Numbered from the stretch's first letter, positions 27,985 through 38,300 are shown. The stretch: DNA of 64,000 nt from an uncultured Bdellovibrionales bacterium (GCA_964421085.1 CAYQVO010000002.1:91134-155133), one strand, 5' to 3'. Numbers and translations: made by a program. Notes: a model not told the origin generated them from the sequence alone.

Positions 27985-28349
27985 TGAGCAGGTCGGAAAC
28001 AACAGCGCGTGAATGGCTCGAAAAAGGGCGGGAGTATTCCCGGCGGAACGATCCTGGAGAGTCTCTCGCATGCTTTCTCCGGGCTGTGGATCTCGACCCC
28101 TGGTGCCTCGATGCGTATCTTGGCATTGGAGATGTATTCATGGCGAGTGGTCAGTTCCTTGAAGTATTATCCGCTGTCAATAAGGCTGAGGAACGTTTCG
28201 GAGATCATCCCTGGCTGCTTGCGACCCGTGGACATGCCCTTGTCCGCCTCGGGCTGCGCCGAAGAGCGCTCGCTACGTACGAGAAGGGCTGCCGGCTGTT
28301 TCCGGAAGTATACGAAAATGAACTTTTTGCGCAGCGACTGCGTAAATAA
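27981..28349 (+). CDS. TPR-repeat protein
   Basis: 122 aa with three helical hairpins showing the TPR signature (W-LG-Y-A-F-A-P). The stop overlaps the aminotransferase stop/start (ATGA). Confidence 0.55.
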   Translation: MMSRSETTAREWLEKGREYSRRNDPGESLACFLRAVDLDPWCLDAYLGIGDVFMASGQFLEVLSAVNKAEERFGDHPWLLATRGHALVRLGLRRRALATYEKGCRLFPEVYENELFAQRLRK

Positions 28350-28364
28350 ATGGGGACGGTTCCT
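28348..28364. repeat. Second copy of the 17-mer AAATGGGGACGGTTCCT
   Basis: Identical to 12178..12194, the left arm of the terminator hairpin. It lies exactly between convergent stop codons (28346..28348 and 28367..28369). There is no complementary arm here, only a short local inverted repeat tgtttat...ataaaca. Confidence 0.6.
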
Positions 28365-28366
28365 GT

Positions 28367-29749
28367 TTATTTTCTGAGGGCGAGCCTCTGATAAACAAAA
28401 TCCGGCGCTTTGCGGGCTGTGGCTTCTTCATAATGCGCCTTTGCCGTCACGGCATCCGAAGGATCCTGAGAGGAGACAAGTTCCTCCGCGACGATCCGGA
28501 GGATTTCGTGGATTCCTTCACCGCTTTTGACACCTTTCATCCAAAGCTCCTTTATCCGGCCAGTGTGCAGGGAGAGGTCCGGCGAATCTGCTGACAACTC
28601 CTCCGCATCGAACATCGGAAATTCTATCGGAGAGGCTCTGTTTCCAGGTTTGATTGTAATTCTCGGCATGTATGCTTCGGGAAGATTCACACTGTGAAGA
28701 AATTCAGCGATTTCATTCTCGCTCTCTTTCTTCAGCTGGAACCGCGTGTCGTCCAGACATATTCCGAAGGAATCTCCGCACTTTTTCAACCGGGACACGG
28801 TGTTCATGAACTTCTCATACCCAGGAGAGGGGATAAGGCCGCCTCCCGCAATTTTCGAGATATGAGAGTCATTAAGCCCTGGTCCAATGCACCGGTCATC
28901 GGAGTATTCAAGAGGTTTATTTCGAGCATTTTGCCCCGCGAACAGCTCGTCAAAACGGATTTCGAAATCGCTCTCGATACTCCGGTAAGGTATCATCGAG
29001 AACTGCGAGTGGAGCGCGGCAAAGTACACAGCGAACACCTCATTCAGGAATTCCGGCATCACGAAATCCCTTCCGGACATCCTGGCAGCCGTTATCAACG
29101 CTTTCGAAAGGAGATACAGGTCGAAATCCCGGAAAAGAACCAGCAGTTCCCTGAAGTAGAGGAGGAAGGGGACTGTGTATGTGGTTGCTTCACCCCCGAA
29201 GAGGGCACTGCGGCAGAGTGACTGGAGCTTGACATTGAAATGCGTGAGAGCTTCGAGATCGCGCCTTTGAGCGTAAATGACATTATCGTGCATCAAAAAA
29301 GGCATGCTCAGCCATGCCGGAAAGACGTGAACTTTTCCCTGAAATATCTGCGGGAAGGAACCAAAGGGGGTGATTTGCGGCACTTCCCGCCTGTTCAGCG
29401 CGGGGAACAGCTGCTTCATGGAAGGGGAATCTCTGTCGGCTCTGATACGGAAAATGAGGCTGTCATCGGGACACAGCGACAGCCCATTAAACAGGGTCGC
29501 ATGCTGCTGCATGAAATATGCATGCATCGGGAGAAGGTCTACTGGCTCTGAAGAAACAGTCGTGATGCCGTATTTTCGCAGCTCGGACTGCAGGTGCGGT
29601 CTTCCGACAAGCTCCTCTTTCCATGTCGAGAAGATAATTTCATCGACAAGACCGTCAGATCGCCACTGGAGCAGCCGCGTGATGGTTACCATGAACTCGA
29701 GTGAGTCACGTATCTGACCAGTCACAATGGCATAGATCCGTTTTCTCAC
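28367..29749 (-). CDS. Hypothetical protein, paralog A of a divergent pair (unknown family)
   Basis: 460 aa. The N-terminal roughly 250 aa align with the protein at 29859 (YAIVTGQIRDSLEFMVTITRLLQWRSDGLVDEIIFSTWKEEL vs WAIICGLVRDRRAFEEKINSLVQWRSEGILEETVVSTWLGEL; LCPDDSLIFRIRADRD vs SCPDDAHVLKLRADLF; FPQIFQGKVHVF...DNVIYAQRRDLEALTHFNV vs WPQIFNERVVVG...GDVYFYGLRDDLKKLVTFTV). I do not recognise the family. Confidence 0.5.
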   Translation of the reverse strand: MRKRIYAIVTGQIRDSLEFMVTITRLLQWRSDGLVDEIIFSTWKEELVGRPHLQSELRKYGITTVSSEPVDLLPMHAYFMQQHATLFNGLSLCPDDSLIFRIRADRDSPSMKQLFPALNRREVPQITPFGSFPQIFQGKVHVFPAWLSMPFLMHDNVIYAQRRDLEALTHFNVKLQSLCRSALFGGEATTYTVPFLLYFRELLVLFRDFDLYLLSKALITAARMSGRDFVMPEFLNEVFAVYFAALHSQFSMIPYRSIESDFEIRFDELFAGQNARNKPLEYSDDRCIGPGLNDSHISKIAGGGLIPSPGYEKFMNTVSRLKKCGDSFGICLDDTRFQLKKESENEIAEFLHSVNLPEAYMPRITIKPGNRASPIEFPMFDAEELSADSPDLSLHTGRIKELWMKGVKSGEGIHEILRIVAEELVSSQDPSDAVTAKAHYEEATARKAPDFVYQRLALRK

Positions 29750-29858
29750 AAAGAAATCCTCCAGGGTCTGTCCGTCCGTCCGGGCAAAAGAGACGCGTTG
29801 ATGCTGAACGGTTCTCCCATTATACTTACATTATCAATATCCTTCCGGAAACTGACTA

Positions 29859-31019
29859 ATGAGAAACTGGGCGATAATCTGCGGATTGGTGAGAGACAGG
29901 AGGGCTTTCGAGGAGAAGATCAATTCTCTCGTACAGTGGAGGTCGGAGGGGATTCTCGAAGAGACAGTTGTTTCCACCTGGCTCGGAGAACTCAATGCTT
30001 ATGAAGGCCTTTCGAAGAGCCTGGCCGACAAAGGTGTCATTGTTCTGGAGAGCCTCGAGCCGGAGCTGATCCTTTCGGGTCACAGGATCCATCAGATGAA
30101 GACGCTCGCATACGGGTTGGAATCGTGCCCGGATGACGCTCATGTACTGAAGCTCAGGGCTGATCTCTTCTCTTTTTTCCCCGGTATAAAGCAGGTGCTG
30201 GAAGGGCGGGTGGATACGGCCATTGCGCCGGATCCCGGATGGCCGCAGATCTTCAATGAGCGAGTTGTTGTGGGCACCTTCCTGCCCATTCAGCCATTTT
30301 TCATCGGGGACGTTTACTTCTATGGATTGAGAGACGATCTTAAAAAGCTTGTTACATTCACAGTGGAGCCGGAACTATGCTCTCTGCTGATGAATCCCGA
30401 ACAGGTTTTTCATTTTGCACCCTTCCGGAACCATTTTCAGTTCTTCTTCCAGTATTTCCGGATCAATCCGGGCCTTGTACATCACAGCGTTCAGATGGCG
30501 AGCGATCTCGTGAGGTTCCTGCTCGACGAACCATTTTTCCTGAAAACACTCGCGTCCTGGTTGATGCTTCTCCGGAGGTATTACAGGGTCGGATTCTTCG
30601 AGCGAAGCGAAGGACATTCGCTGCAGGCAGCGGAAGAATTCGCAGGAGTCTCGCTGCCGGAATTCCTTGACCCGATGCTGGAATGTGGGCCTTCATTCCG
30701 CTATGTGGTAAGGCCTGCCAACGCCGTGGGTGGGTCTGATGACGCATGGGTTGCCCCCTGCCTCAACGGAGATTTTCAGCATGATGTGTTCCGCGACCGT
30801 TTCATGGAAGCAGTGGACAGCTTTCCGGATTTTGAATCCTTCCAGAGATTCGGCCAGTCCCCGCTCTACCTTTCAAGTGATGCGATAGAGTTCGCCCGCA
30901 GGCTCAAAAAGAGATTTCCGGATGCGCCCTTTGTCCTGGAAGATCTCCCCGAATCGAGGGGGAGGAGTGTAAGGATCCAGGGGAAACCTTTCGACGGAAT
31001 GGTCAGAGCGGGCCGCTGA
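29859..31019 (+). CDS. Hypothetical protein, paralog B of a divergent pair (unknown family)
   Basis: 386 aa, homologous to 28367..29749 (see there). Divergently transcribed from a shared 109-bp intergenic region. Confidence 0.5.
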   Translation: MRNWAIICGLVRDRRAFEEKINSLVQWRSEGILEETVVSTWLGELNAYEGLSKSLADKGVIVLESLEPELILSGHRIHQMKTLAYGLESCPDDAHVLKLRADLFSFFPGIKQVLEGRVDTAIAPDPGWPQIFNERVVVGTFLPIQPFFIGDVYFYGLRDDLKKLVTFTVEPELCSLLMNPEQVFHFAPFRNHFQFFFQYFRINPGLVHHSVQMASDLVRFLLDEPFFLKTLASWLMLLRRYYRVGFFERSEGHSLQAAEEFAGVSLPEFLDPMLECGPSFRYVVRPANAVGGSDDAWVAPCLNGDFQHDVFRDRFMEAVDSFPDFESFQRFGQSPLYLSSDAIEFARRLKKRFPDAPFVLEDLPESRGRSVRIQGKPFDGMVRAGR

Positions 31020-31027
31020 GCTTGAGA

Positions 31028-31909
31028 TCACCGTATCAGCTTACTGTACATTTCAGGATAATCCGTGCAGATCGCGTCCGCGCCTGTTGATACAAGATCC
31101 TTTGCCCGCGATAACACACGTTCGATTGATCCTCCATCCTCGTGCGCCTCTCCACCGGCAAGGGCAGGGGATGATGAATGAAGTTCCGGGCTGACGAGGG
31201 CCACGGAAAACCCTTCGCTCCGGGCCGACTCGATGATGTCCCGGGTGTAAAACGCCTTCTTCCGCCCGTTGACATCGGCTCGATCCCACTCATCCAGCCA
31301 TATCCAGTCAAAGACATGTCTGTATGGGAGGACAGCATCGAGGCTGTAGAGCGTGTCTGAAACACACTTGCTGTATCTCTCGATATCGAACGGGTGCGCA
31401 ACCGAAGGTGCAAGGTGAATATCCCGAAGTTTTTTTCTCAGACATGACGCGGCGTCAATGGTGAGATCGAAAACAAGCATGTTCTTGTGCAGTTCTTCGA
31501 ACCCCCCAAGAATGTCTGCGAGAACCTCAAGGTTTTTTTCTGACTGATGATGTCCTTTGAGGTGGAGTGCCTTGAGCGCCGATGATGAAACGGTCCGTAT
31601 CAGAGCGAGGATGTCCTGTAATGTCATTAAATCCGGCGCGGCGTCCCGCACTTCGTCCGCCATAAGGTCGTCAAATCTCCTTCGGTCCTTCTCAGCCGAT
31701 ATTCTCGCTATGTCGCAGTCATGCCAGATGAACGGCTGAAGGTCGCGGCTGAATACGACATCGAATTCGATTCCAAACCCCCGCGTCAGATGGCTCCTGA
31801 AAGCTTCGGGGGACGACTCTCGGTGCAGGAACGCCGCATTGTCCGGCTCGAGCCCCCGGTGAGTCACTATGAAGGGTGGAGAGATACGATCAATGACAGG
31901 TGACGTCAT
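31028..31909 (-). CDS. Glycerophosphodiester phosphodiesterase (GDPD) family protein
   Basis: N-terminal GDPD catalytic signature IVTHRGLEP...ESSPEAFRSHLTRGFGIEFDVVFSRDLQPFIWHD (the HR..E..DV..HD motif). C-terminal ADAICTDYP. Confidence 0.7.
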   Translation of the reverse strand: MTSPVIDRISPPFIVTHRGLEPDNAAFLHRESSPEAFRSHLTRGFGIEFDVVFSRDLQPFIWHDCDIARISAEKDRRRFDDLMADEVRDAAPDLMTLQDILALIRTVSSSALKALHLKGHHQSEKNLEVLADILGGFEELHKNMLVFDLTIDAASCLRKKLRDIHLAPSVAHPFDIERYSKCVSDTLYSLDAVLPYRHVFDWIWLDEWDRADVNGRKKAFYTRDIIESARSEGFSVALVSPELHSSSPALAGGEAHEDGGSIERVLSRAKDLVSTGADAICTDYPEMYSKLIR

Positions 31910-32630
31910 TTGCGGCCTCGTAAGCCTGCAGGTCTTCCGGAGTTCCGAGACCGTGCATGGCCCATGGTGCGATTTCGAAAATTCCCACCTTCTTCCGCGC
32001 CAGCAGTATCTCGTTATAGACGGGACAGACGTAAAACTCGCCGTTTACTCTGATGTTTTTCTCTATCATCGATACCGCACCCTCGAAGAAGAGGGAACCT
32101 TGCTCGAAATAGTAAATGCCGACAGTCGCATGAGAGCTTATCGGTTCCTTTTCCGCGACGCATTCCACCAGCCCCTCCGGCGATAACTTTGCATAAGACC
32201 ATTTTGGATGGGCTGACTGGAATGTGAGAATGTCTCCGTCCAGTCCGCGTTCCTGTGCATCCGATATGAGGGAGTCAATGTCGAGATCTATCAGCTGGTC
32301 GCTGTTTGCAAGGACCAGAGGGGAATCATTATTGAAAAAGTCGGCGGCAAGCAAAACCGTACACGCTGCGCCTTCCGTGACTTTTTCCACAGTGACGATG
32401 TTGCATCCGGGGGCCAGCGCGTCAAGAAGTTCTTCAAGATTGAACTGCTGACAATGCTCGCGCCGGCATATAAAGGTGAACTTATGATCGATGTCAGGCC
32501 GCACGTTATCGATGACATGGGAAATCATCGGCCTGCCTTTTACGTCTATAAGAGGTTTGGGCAGGGAGTACCCCGCCTCCGCGAAACGTTTCCCGTTGCC
32601 TGCCATTGGAATTACAATGTTGATCGGCAT
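31890..32630 (-). CDS. Sugar/alcohol-phosphate nucleotidyltransferase (LicC/IspD/MobA-like NTP-transferase fold)
   Basis: N-terminal motif IVIPMAGNGKRFAEAGYSLPKPLIDVKGRPMISHVIDNV is the typical glycine-rich nucleotide-binding loop. 246 aa. Overlaps the GDPD and HAD genes, forming an operon. Confidence 0.7.
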   Translation of the reverse strand: MPINIVIPMAGNGKRFAEAGYSLPKPLIDVKGRPMISHVIDNVRPDIDHKFTFICRREHCQQFNLEELLDALAPGCNIVTVEKVTEGAACTVLLAADFFNNDSPLVLANSDQLIDLDIDSLISDAQERGLDGDILTFQSAHPKWSYAKLSPEGLVECVAEKEPISSHATVGIYYFEQGSLFFEGAVSMIEKNIRVNGEFYVCPVYNEILLARKKVGIFEIAPWAMHGLGTPEDLQAYEAANDVTCH

Positions 32631-33262
32631 TCTTCCATTCCCTCCATGAGCTCTCCGGACAAAAATTCAGTAAAGAGAGACTTGTTCACTTCATTGTACG
32701 AATCGACTCCAATAAGGAACCCCCCGCTCGCACGGGCTGCGGCTTTCCCGTGGTCGGAATCTTCCACGATCGCGCACTGTTCAGGAGAAAGTTTCAACAG
32801 CTGAAATGCGCGAAAATAGATCTCCGGATCGGGCTTCGGCAGTCTCACGTCTTCGTTCCCAAGCACTAGAGAGAAGCAGTCGAAGATGCCGCTTTTCTTC
32901 AGCATCAACTCGACACTTCTGTTGACAGCGTTTGAACACACGGCGAGTGTAAATCCCGACTTCCGCAGCAGTTCGAGCATTTCGATTTTTGCGGGATCAG
33001 GACGACAGCGCGCACAGATTGTTTCATAAGTGTATCGCTGCTTGAGGGAAATAACCGGCTTATGAAGCGCCGAAGGGAAGCCTTTGTGAGCAGACAGCGC
33101 TTCGAGCTTCTTCCGGGTAGGAAGACCGTTATAGAATGAAAGATGTTCTTTGCGGGAAATGGTAAATCCAAACGTCCCCAGCGCTTTGTTCAGCGCTTCG
33201 TAGTGCCACTCAGCGGCGTCGACAAGAACTCCGTCGAGATCGAATATTACAGCTTCAATCAT
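32612..33262 (-). CDS. HAD-superfamily hydrolase (subfamily IA, beta-phosphoglucomutase/phosphatase-like)
   Basis: Motif I MIEAVIFDLDGVLVD at the proposed start (ATG 33262, preceded by AGGGA). Motifs II/III (LAVCSNA, GNEDV...KPDPEIYF, VEDSDHG). The ORF track extends the frame to 33355. Confidence 0.8.
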   Translation of the reverse strand: MIEAVIFDLDGVLVDAAEWHYEALNKALGTFGFTISRKEHLSFYNGLPTRKKLEALSAHKGFPSALHKPVISLKQRYTYETICARCRPDPAKIEMLELLRKSGFTLAVCSNAVNRSVELMLKKSGIFDCFSLVLGNEDVRLPKPDPEIYFRAFQLLKLSPEQCAIVEDSDHGKAAARASGGFLIGVDSYNEVNKSLFTEFLSGELMEGMEECRSTL

Positions 33263-33433
33263 TCCGCATCCCTGCTCAAAAGATCCATGGGCAACTTCAC
33301 AACGCGCAGGCGCTGAAGTTCCCTCAGTAGAATACTCGGCTGAAAAGATCCGCATCTTTAAAAGTTTCTTGTCAGAAAGGACCAGGAATTTTTCCTATGA
33401 AAGGACCATGGAACATTGTAAAGTTCCGGGAGA

Positions 33434-34081
33434 ATGGACATTTTTAAATTTGCAGAAGGAATAGAGCGAGGAGCTGGTTCCGCACGGCTTCCCGGCGGTT
33501 CTTTCAACGCCCACTTTGGAAGCGCCTTCAAAGCAGTCCGCAGAGTGTCTCCGGCCGATTTCGTCCGCTTCAGCATTCTCAACTTCGCCGTTCAGCAGCT
33601 GTCGGTCCGGAGCGCATTCATGCCCGCCACTGAACGATATCTCTTTGCGGGAGGTCTTTCAGATACCGACTTTGCGGCTTCTCTCATCGGGATGGTCCCT
33701 TTTCTCCGGGCTTATTTTGCGATTCCCCCCGGAGGGGAGAGTGCAAGTGTTTCTGAAGCGAAACAGATCATCTCCGGAGGCCGGGAAGACGATTTGAAGA
33801 CATTCGAAGTGGTGAACAGGACTCCGGCCGGGTTTCTGTTACAGGAGCCTGAAGCGTCGTTCGGCCTTGTTTCTCTGATCTCGAACGGACAGGAGACTTT
33901 TTCCCGGGAATTAGTTCCCGTTCTGGCTGATTCTCTCAGTTCCGGCGGAACCGCTGTCATGACGGTTCCCTCCGGCGAGATTCCTGAGAATGCGGCCGGC
34001 TTTTCGAGAGTCTGGACATCAACACTCGAGCCGCTTTGTCCGTTTGGGGGATTTACTCTCTGCATACTGAGGAGATTCTGA
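33434..34081 (+). CDS. Hypothetical protein
   Basis: 215 aa. First gene of a plus-strand operon with the GT61 and radical-SAM fusion genes (stop/start abut at 34081/34082). No recognisable motif. Confidence 0.4.
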   Translation: MDIFKFAEGIERGAGSARLPGGSFNAHFGSAFKAVRRVSPADFVRFSILNFAVQQLSVRSAFMPATERYLFAGGLSDTDFAASLIGMVPFLRAYFAIPPGGESASVSEAKQIISGGREDDLKTFEVVNRTPAGFLLQEPEASFGLVSLISNGQETFSRELVPVLADSLSSGGTAVMTVPSGEIPENAAGFSRVWTSTLEPLCPFGGFTLCILRRF

Positions 34082-35239
34082 TTGAACAGCGTGGAATTCA
34101 GGGCGGAGGATTCGTTTTTGACGCTCGAACGCGTTTCGTCGATGAGTGATGAGCCCGAAAGAGAAAGCCTTGTCCTTTTGCGGGAAGCAACACAGTATCC
34201 CAATGCAGAACCGCTCTTTGTGTATGCAGATGAGGCCATACCTGAAGTGTCGCGCAGCCTCCTGTACCGCCAGGCATGGAGCATCGATCCGTCGTACTGT
34301 GTCAAACTTCCCGGCGGCTCGGTATACGGGGAGTGCGGGATAGTGACGGGAGGAGGGGTTTTTCTGCATGATCTCTCGACGCTTGCCGGACGGCATCGCA
34401 AGCCGGCAGAAGTAACCCGGCAGGAAGACGGGAGTGAAATCGCAGGATTCAAAACTGTGAAGCCGGAATACCGCGACTGCTCCGCGGCAATCCTGTCTCC
34501 CCTTATCGCGTGCGGCAAAAATCATTCTCACTGGCTTTTTCATGCGCTGCCTAAAGTGCAGATTTTCAGGGATGCGTCGGTTGCCCCCGACTTTTTCCTT
34601 GTTCTCCCGGCAGTTGCCGGATATCAGCGGGACACCCTGAAAGCACTCGGAATAGGCGATGATCGGATACTTGTGCGCGATCCGGCGCAACCGATGAAGT
34701 TCCGTGAACTCTATGCGTCGTACACGCAGAGCGACGTTTCACCGGACATGACGATCTATGATGAAATCATATCTAAAGTGGATCGGGGAGAGGAAGGACC
34801 TGAAAGAATCTATGTATCCAGAATGGATGCCAGGGGTATGCGGCGTTTCATCAACGAGGAGCAGGTCATTGATGTTGCCCGGAACAACGGATTCCATATA
34901 GTCACCCCCTCCGAGCTTTCGTTTGAAGACGAAGTAAGAATTTTCCGGAATGCCCGCATTATTGCCGGTCCCGTCGGTGCGGGTCTTTACAATGCCGTCT
35001 TCACCCGGCCGGGCTGCGTCATTGTAGCCATGAGCGAACCAGCTTATGTAATGGACTGGCCGCTGCAGCTCGCGTCGCTTCGAAAACATTCCATAGGCTA
35101 TCTTCTCGGGAACAGTTTTCTCTCGATGGAACCGGTACACCGGGGGTGTCACAACAGCTGGGTTCTCAATCCGGCTCTCTTCGATCTGGCGCTTAACAAC
35201 CTTCTTTCCGGCAAAGACGCGGCCAGGGCGGGCAGGTGA
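34082..35239 (+). CDS. Glycosyltransferase family 61 / DUF563 protein
   Basis: HWLFHALPKVQIF motif, and a C-terminal block RRFINEEQVIDVARNNGFHIVTPSELSFEDEVRIFRNARIIAGPVGAGLYNAVFTRPGCVIV that is characteristic of DUF563/GT61 (EOGT-like) transferases. Confidence 0.65.
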   Translation: MNSVEFRAEDSFLTLERVSSMSDEPERESLVLLREATQYPNAEPLFVYADEAIPEVSRSLLYRQAWSIDPSYCVKLPGGSVYGECGIVTGGGVFLHDLSTLAGRHRKPAEVTRQEDGSEIAGFKTVKPEYRDCSAAILSPLIACGKNHSHWLFHALPKVQIFRDASVAPDFFLVLPAVAGYQRDTLKALGIGDDRILVRDPAQPMKFRELYASYTQSDVSPDMTIYDEIISKVDRGEEGPERIYVSRMDARGMRRFINEEQVIDVARNNGFHIVTPSELSFEDEVRIFRNARIIAGPVGAGLYNAVFTRPGCVIVAMSEPAYVMDWPLQLASLRKHSIGYLLGNSFLSMEPVHRGCHNSWVLNPALFDLALNNLLSGKDAARAGR

Positions 35240-35300
35240 TCTGCTGCGTGGGATTGCACGCCCCCGCAAGAAATCGGCATACTGAAGGCTGGAGCTCAGA

Positions 35301-38300
35301 ATGGATCCGAACAGGCTGATAATCGACTTTAAAAAGCAACTTGGTAACAGAAACACCTCCGCTGTTCATGCTCTCGATATCTTCCGTGATTTGAGAGACG
35401 TTCTGGAGCAGGAAACAAAATCCGATCCTCTCCTTGCCGCAATAAGGGAAAATATACTGCGGCTTTTCATGCAGAGATCCTGTCTGCTTCCCGACCTGGA
35501 ACGTGAGGCGGCTGTTTTGAACCTGATTCTTCAGGATTCCCGTTCCAATACTGCTGAAATATCCTCCGGGCTGGAAGAATGGGGGCGCTCAGTCGCGGAA
35601 CTTTCTGAAATCCTGCGTGGAATCAAAACCCATGTGACACAGATGGCGACGCGACACCGTATGACGGAGCAGAAACCTTCCGTGGTCCGGATTGAAAACA
35701 GTAATTTCAGCGAGGCTCGTGAACTCAATATAAAGATCCTCGCCTGCGAGATGCTGCTTGGCAGCACCGATCCGGCTCCCTTTCCTCCGAACATGCAGGT
35801 GGAATCAACCAGCAGGTGCAATGCGCGGTGCAGAATATGCGGGCACTTCTTCCATCCCGCCAGGGCATACAGAGATCTCGATTTTCAGGTGTTTCTCAAA
35901 TTGTCGCCCGTTCTTCCGTATGTCCAGTGCCTTGAACTGCACACTTATGGAGAAGCCTCTCTCGCGCCGCATTTCACCGCCATGTGCGAAGTCTGCAGGA
36001 GCTTCGGCTGCAGAACGCATGTGCTTACAAACGGCTCGACTCTTGGGGTGGATAGTCCCCTGGCAGACGTAGACCAGATTGGAATCAGCGTTGATTCAGA
36101 CAACGAACGCACCTTTGACGCCGTCCGCAAAGGGCTGCGGTTCAAAACAGTGATCGAAAACATCAAAGCGTTTCGCCGGCGGAATCCGGACAATTTCATG
36201 TACTTTCTGGTGACGATACACCGGGCGAATGTAGATGAAATATCCGGCATAGCCGGACTAGCCTGCGATCTGGGCCTTCAGGCCGTCTGCCTCAGTCTCA
36301 TGTCGGCCATTCATCCGTCACTGCGGCCGGTCACTTTAACGGCCCAGGACGTTCCTCTTTACCGGGAGGAAGTGGAGAAAGCAGAAAGAATCTGCTCGAA
36401 GCGCGGCGTAGATGTGTATGATTACGCTTTTCTGGACGGTCTCCCCGATCAGACGGAACCTCTGAACAAGGAGGCATGTTTAAGGGTGTTCGAGTCGCTT
36501 ATCCCTCCATCTGCCGGCGCGCCGCCCGATATTGAAGAGTTGACAACGAGGCTCGCAAAGATTGAGTGCGGCGCATATCCTGCGTCCCTGCACCGGTTTT
36601 TCACACTGGAAGCCGCGTCTTTCGAATCCACTCGAAAAGCGGAGATCGAAAGAGTCCATGAAGACACTTCTATGGAACCTGTCACGGTCGATACCGGCAG
36701 GCTGAAGGAACGGCTGCATGAACTCCGGAGTGAAATAGAAAGGCGGGGCAGGGATGCGCTCGTAATTCCGTACTGTACCGCCCCCTGGTTCAGGCTTGAA
36801 GTGAAGGCGGACGGAGGGATCTTCCCCTGCTGCAGCTGGAAAGGACCACCGTTTGCCGATCTTGCAGTTCAGTCTGTCGCGGAGATATGGCACGGGCCGT
36901 TCATGACGGCGCTCAGGCAGGGATGTTACGGCGAAGGAGAACTCCCTCCTTTCTGCCTGAACTGCAGGAGCATAGACCGTTATCAGGGCCTGACTGAAAC
37001 GATCAGCACGATGAACGAATTCGGCCTGGACTATAACACAATCCGGAAGATTCCCGGGTTTTCTCCTCCGCCCGGGAAACTCCAGCTTATACGCGCGGGC
37101 GCGCCGGAGATTGAATACGTTCCCATTGATAAATCGTATCCGGGAGGATTTTACGAACTCCGGGGGGATGCAGAAGGGCGGGGGAACAGGAGCAGTGGTT
37201 ACGACTTTGTCATCTCGCCCGGCCCCAGGCTCTTCTGCGAAAGACCTTCGAGCATGCGAAGCAGAAAGATTTCCTGTGGAGTTCTCGGCGGCGCTTCCCT
37301 TCCTTTGAAGGACATCCTGAAGCTCGAAGGACGCCCGCGTGTATCGATAACAGAAACCGCTCATGAATTATTCCCCTCCGGTCTTTTGTTTGTGTCTGTC
37401 CGTTTCCGTAATGAAGGTGAAGTGCCGCTCTTCGGCAGGGATTCGCATCCCGATTGCGTGGACAGAGCGGGACTGCGCGTGCTTAAGCAGGAAGCCGGAG
37501 TCACATCGGCAGCGCGTGAAGAAAGAATGGATATGCCGTTTGAGTGGATACTCCCCGGATCGGAGTACCATATCTCGGGACTCTTTGACTTCTCGGGCCT
37601 TGAACCCGGGACATACACGGTGGAGACAGGAATTGTCCGGGAAGGAGAATTCTGGATTTCGGAGGAATCTGAACGGCGAAGCTTTGAAATAACCACGGCA
37701 GAAGCCTCAACCATGACTCCTGTCGAAGTGTCGAGAGTTCCGGGATCGAAAGGGATTGCGCTTACATTCGACGCGGGAGCGTCAATACCGCCTTCGGACG
37801 CCCTTCTCGATTTTCTGCAGAAGAGGCGGATGCAATGCACAGTTTTTCTGACCGGGAGGTCGATAGCCTCTTTTCCTGAACATGCGCGTCGCATCGCGAA
37901 TGAGGGGCATGAAGCGGCAAACCACACATACAATCATCCATGGCTGTCCTTTCTGCACGATCCCCATCCGGCGCAGGGAGTGGACAAAGACTTTCTCATG
38001 AAAGAGCTTTATTCCACCGAAGAGGCCTTCTTCAAAACGACAGGGCGCACGATGTCGAGACTCTGGCGGGCTCCCTACGGAGCAAGAAACGCGGAGATTC
38101 TCAAATGGGCGATGGAAGAAGGATTTACTCACGTTTTCTGGTCGCACGATTCAAACGACTGGAGGATAGGCTCTTCCCTTAATTCCATGAAGTGTACCCC
38201 GCAGAGCGTCTTTGAGACGCTTAAGAACAAACTTCGCCAGTTTGATGATGCCGATGGCGCTGTAGTTCTATTTCACCTCTCGACCTACAATCAACCGGAC

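Noticed and set aside
36480-37364. 294-aa antisense ORF within the radical-SAM/NodB fusion gene
   Set aside because: It is completely contained in the strongly supported plus-strand gene. Its Arg/Pro-rich composition is typical of the reverse frame of GC-rich coding sequence.
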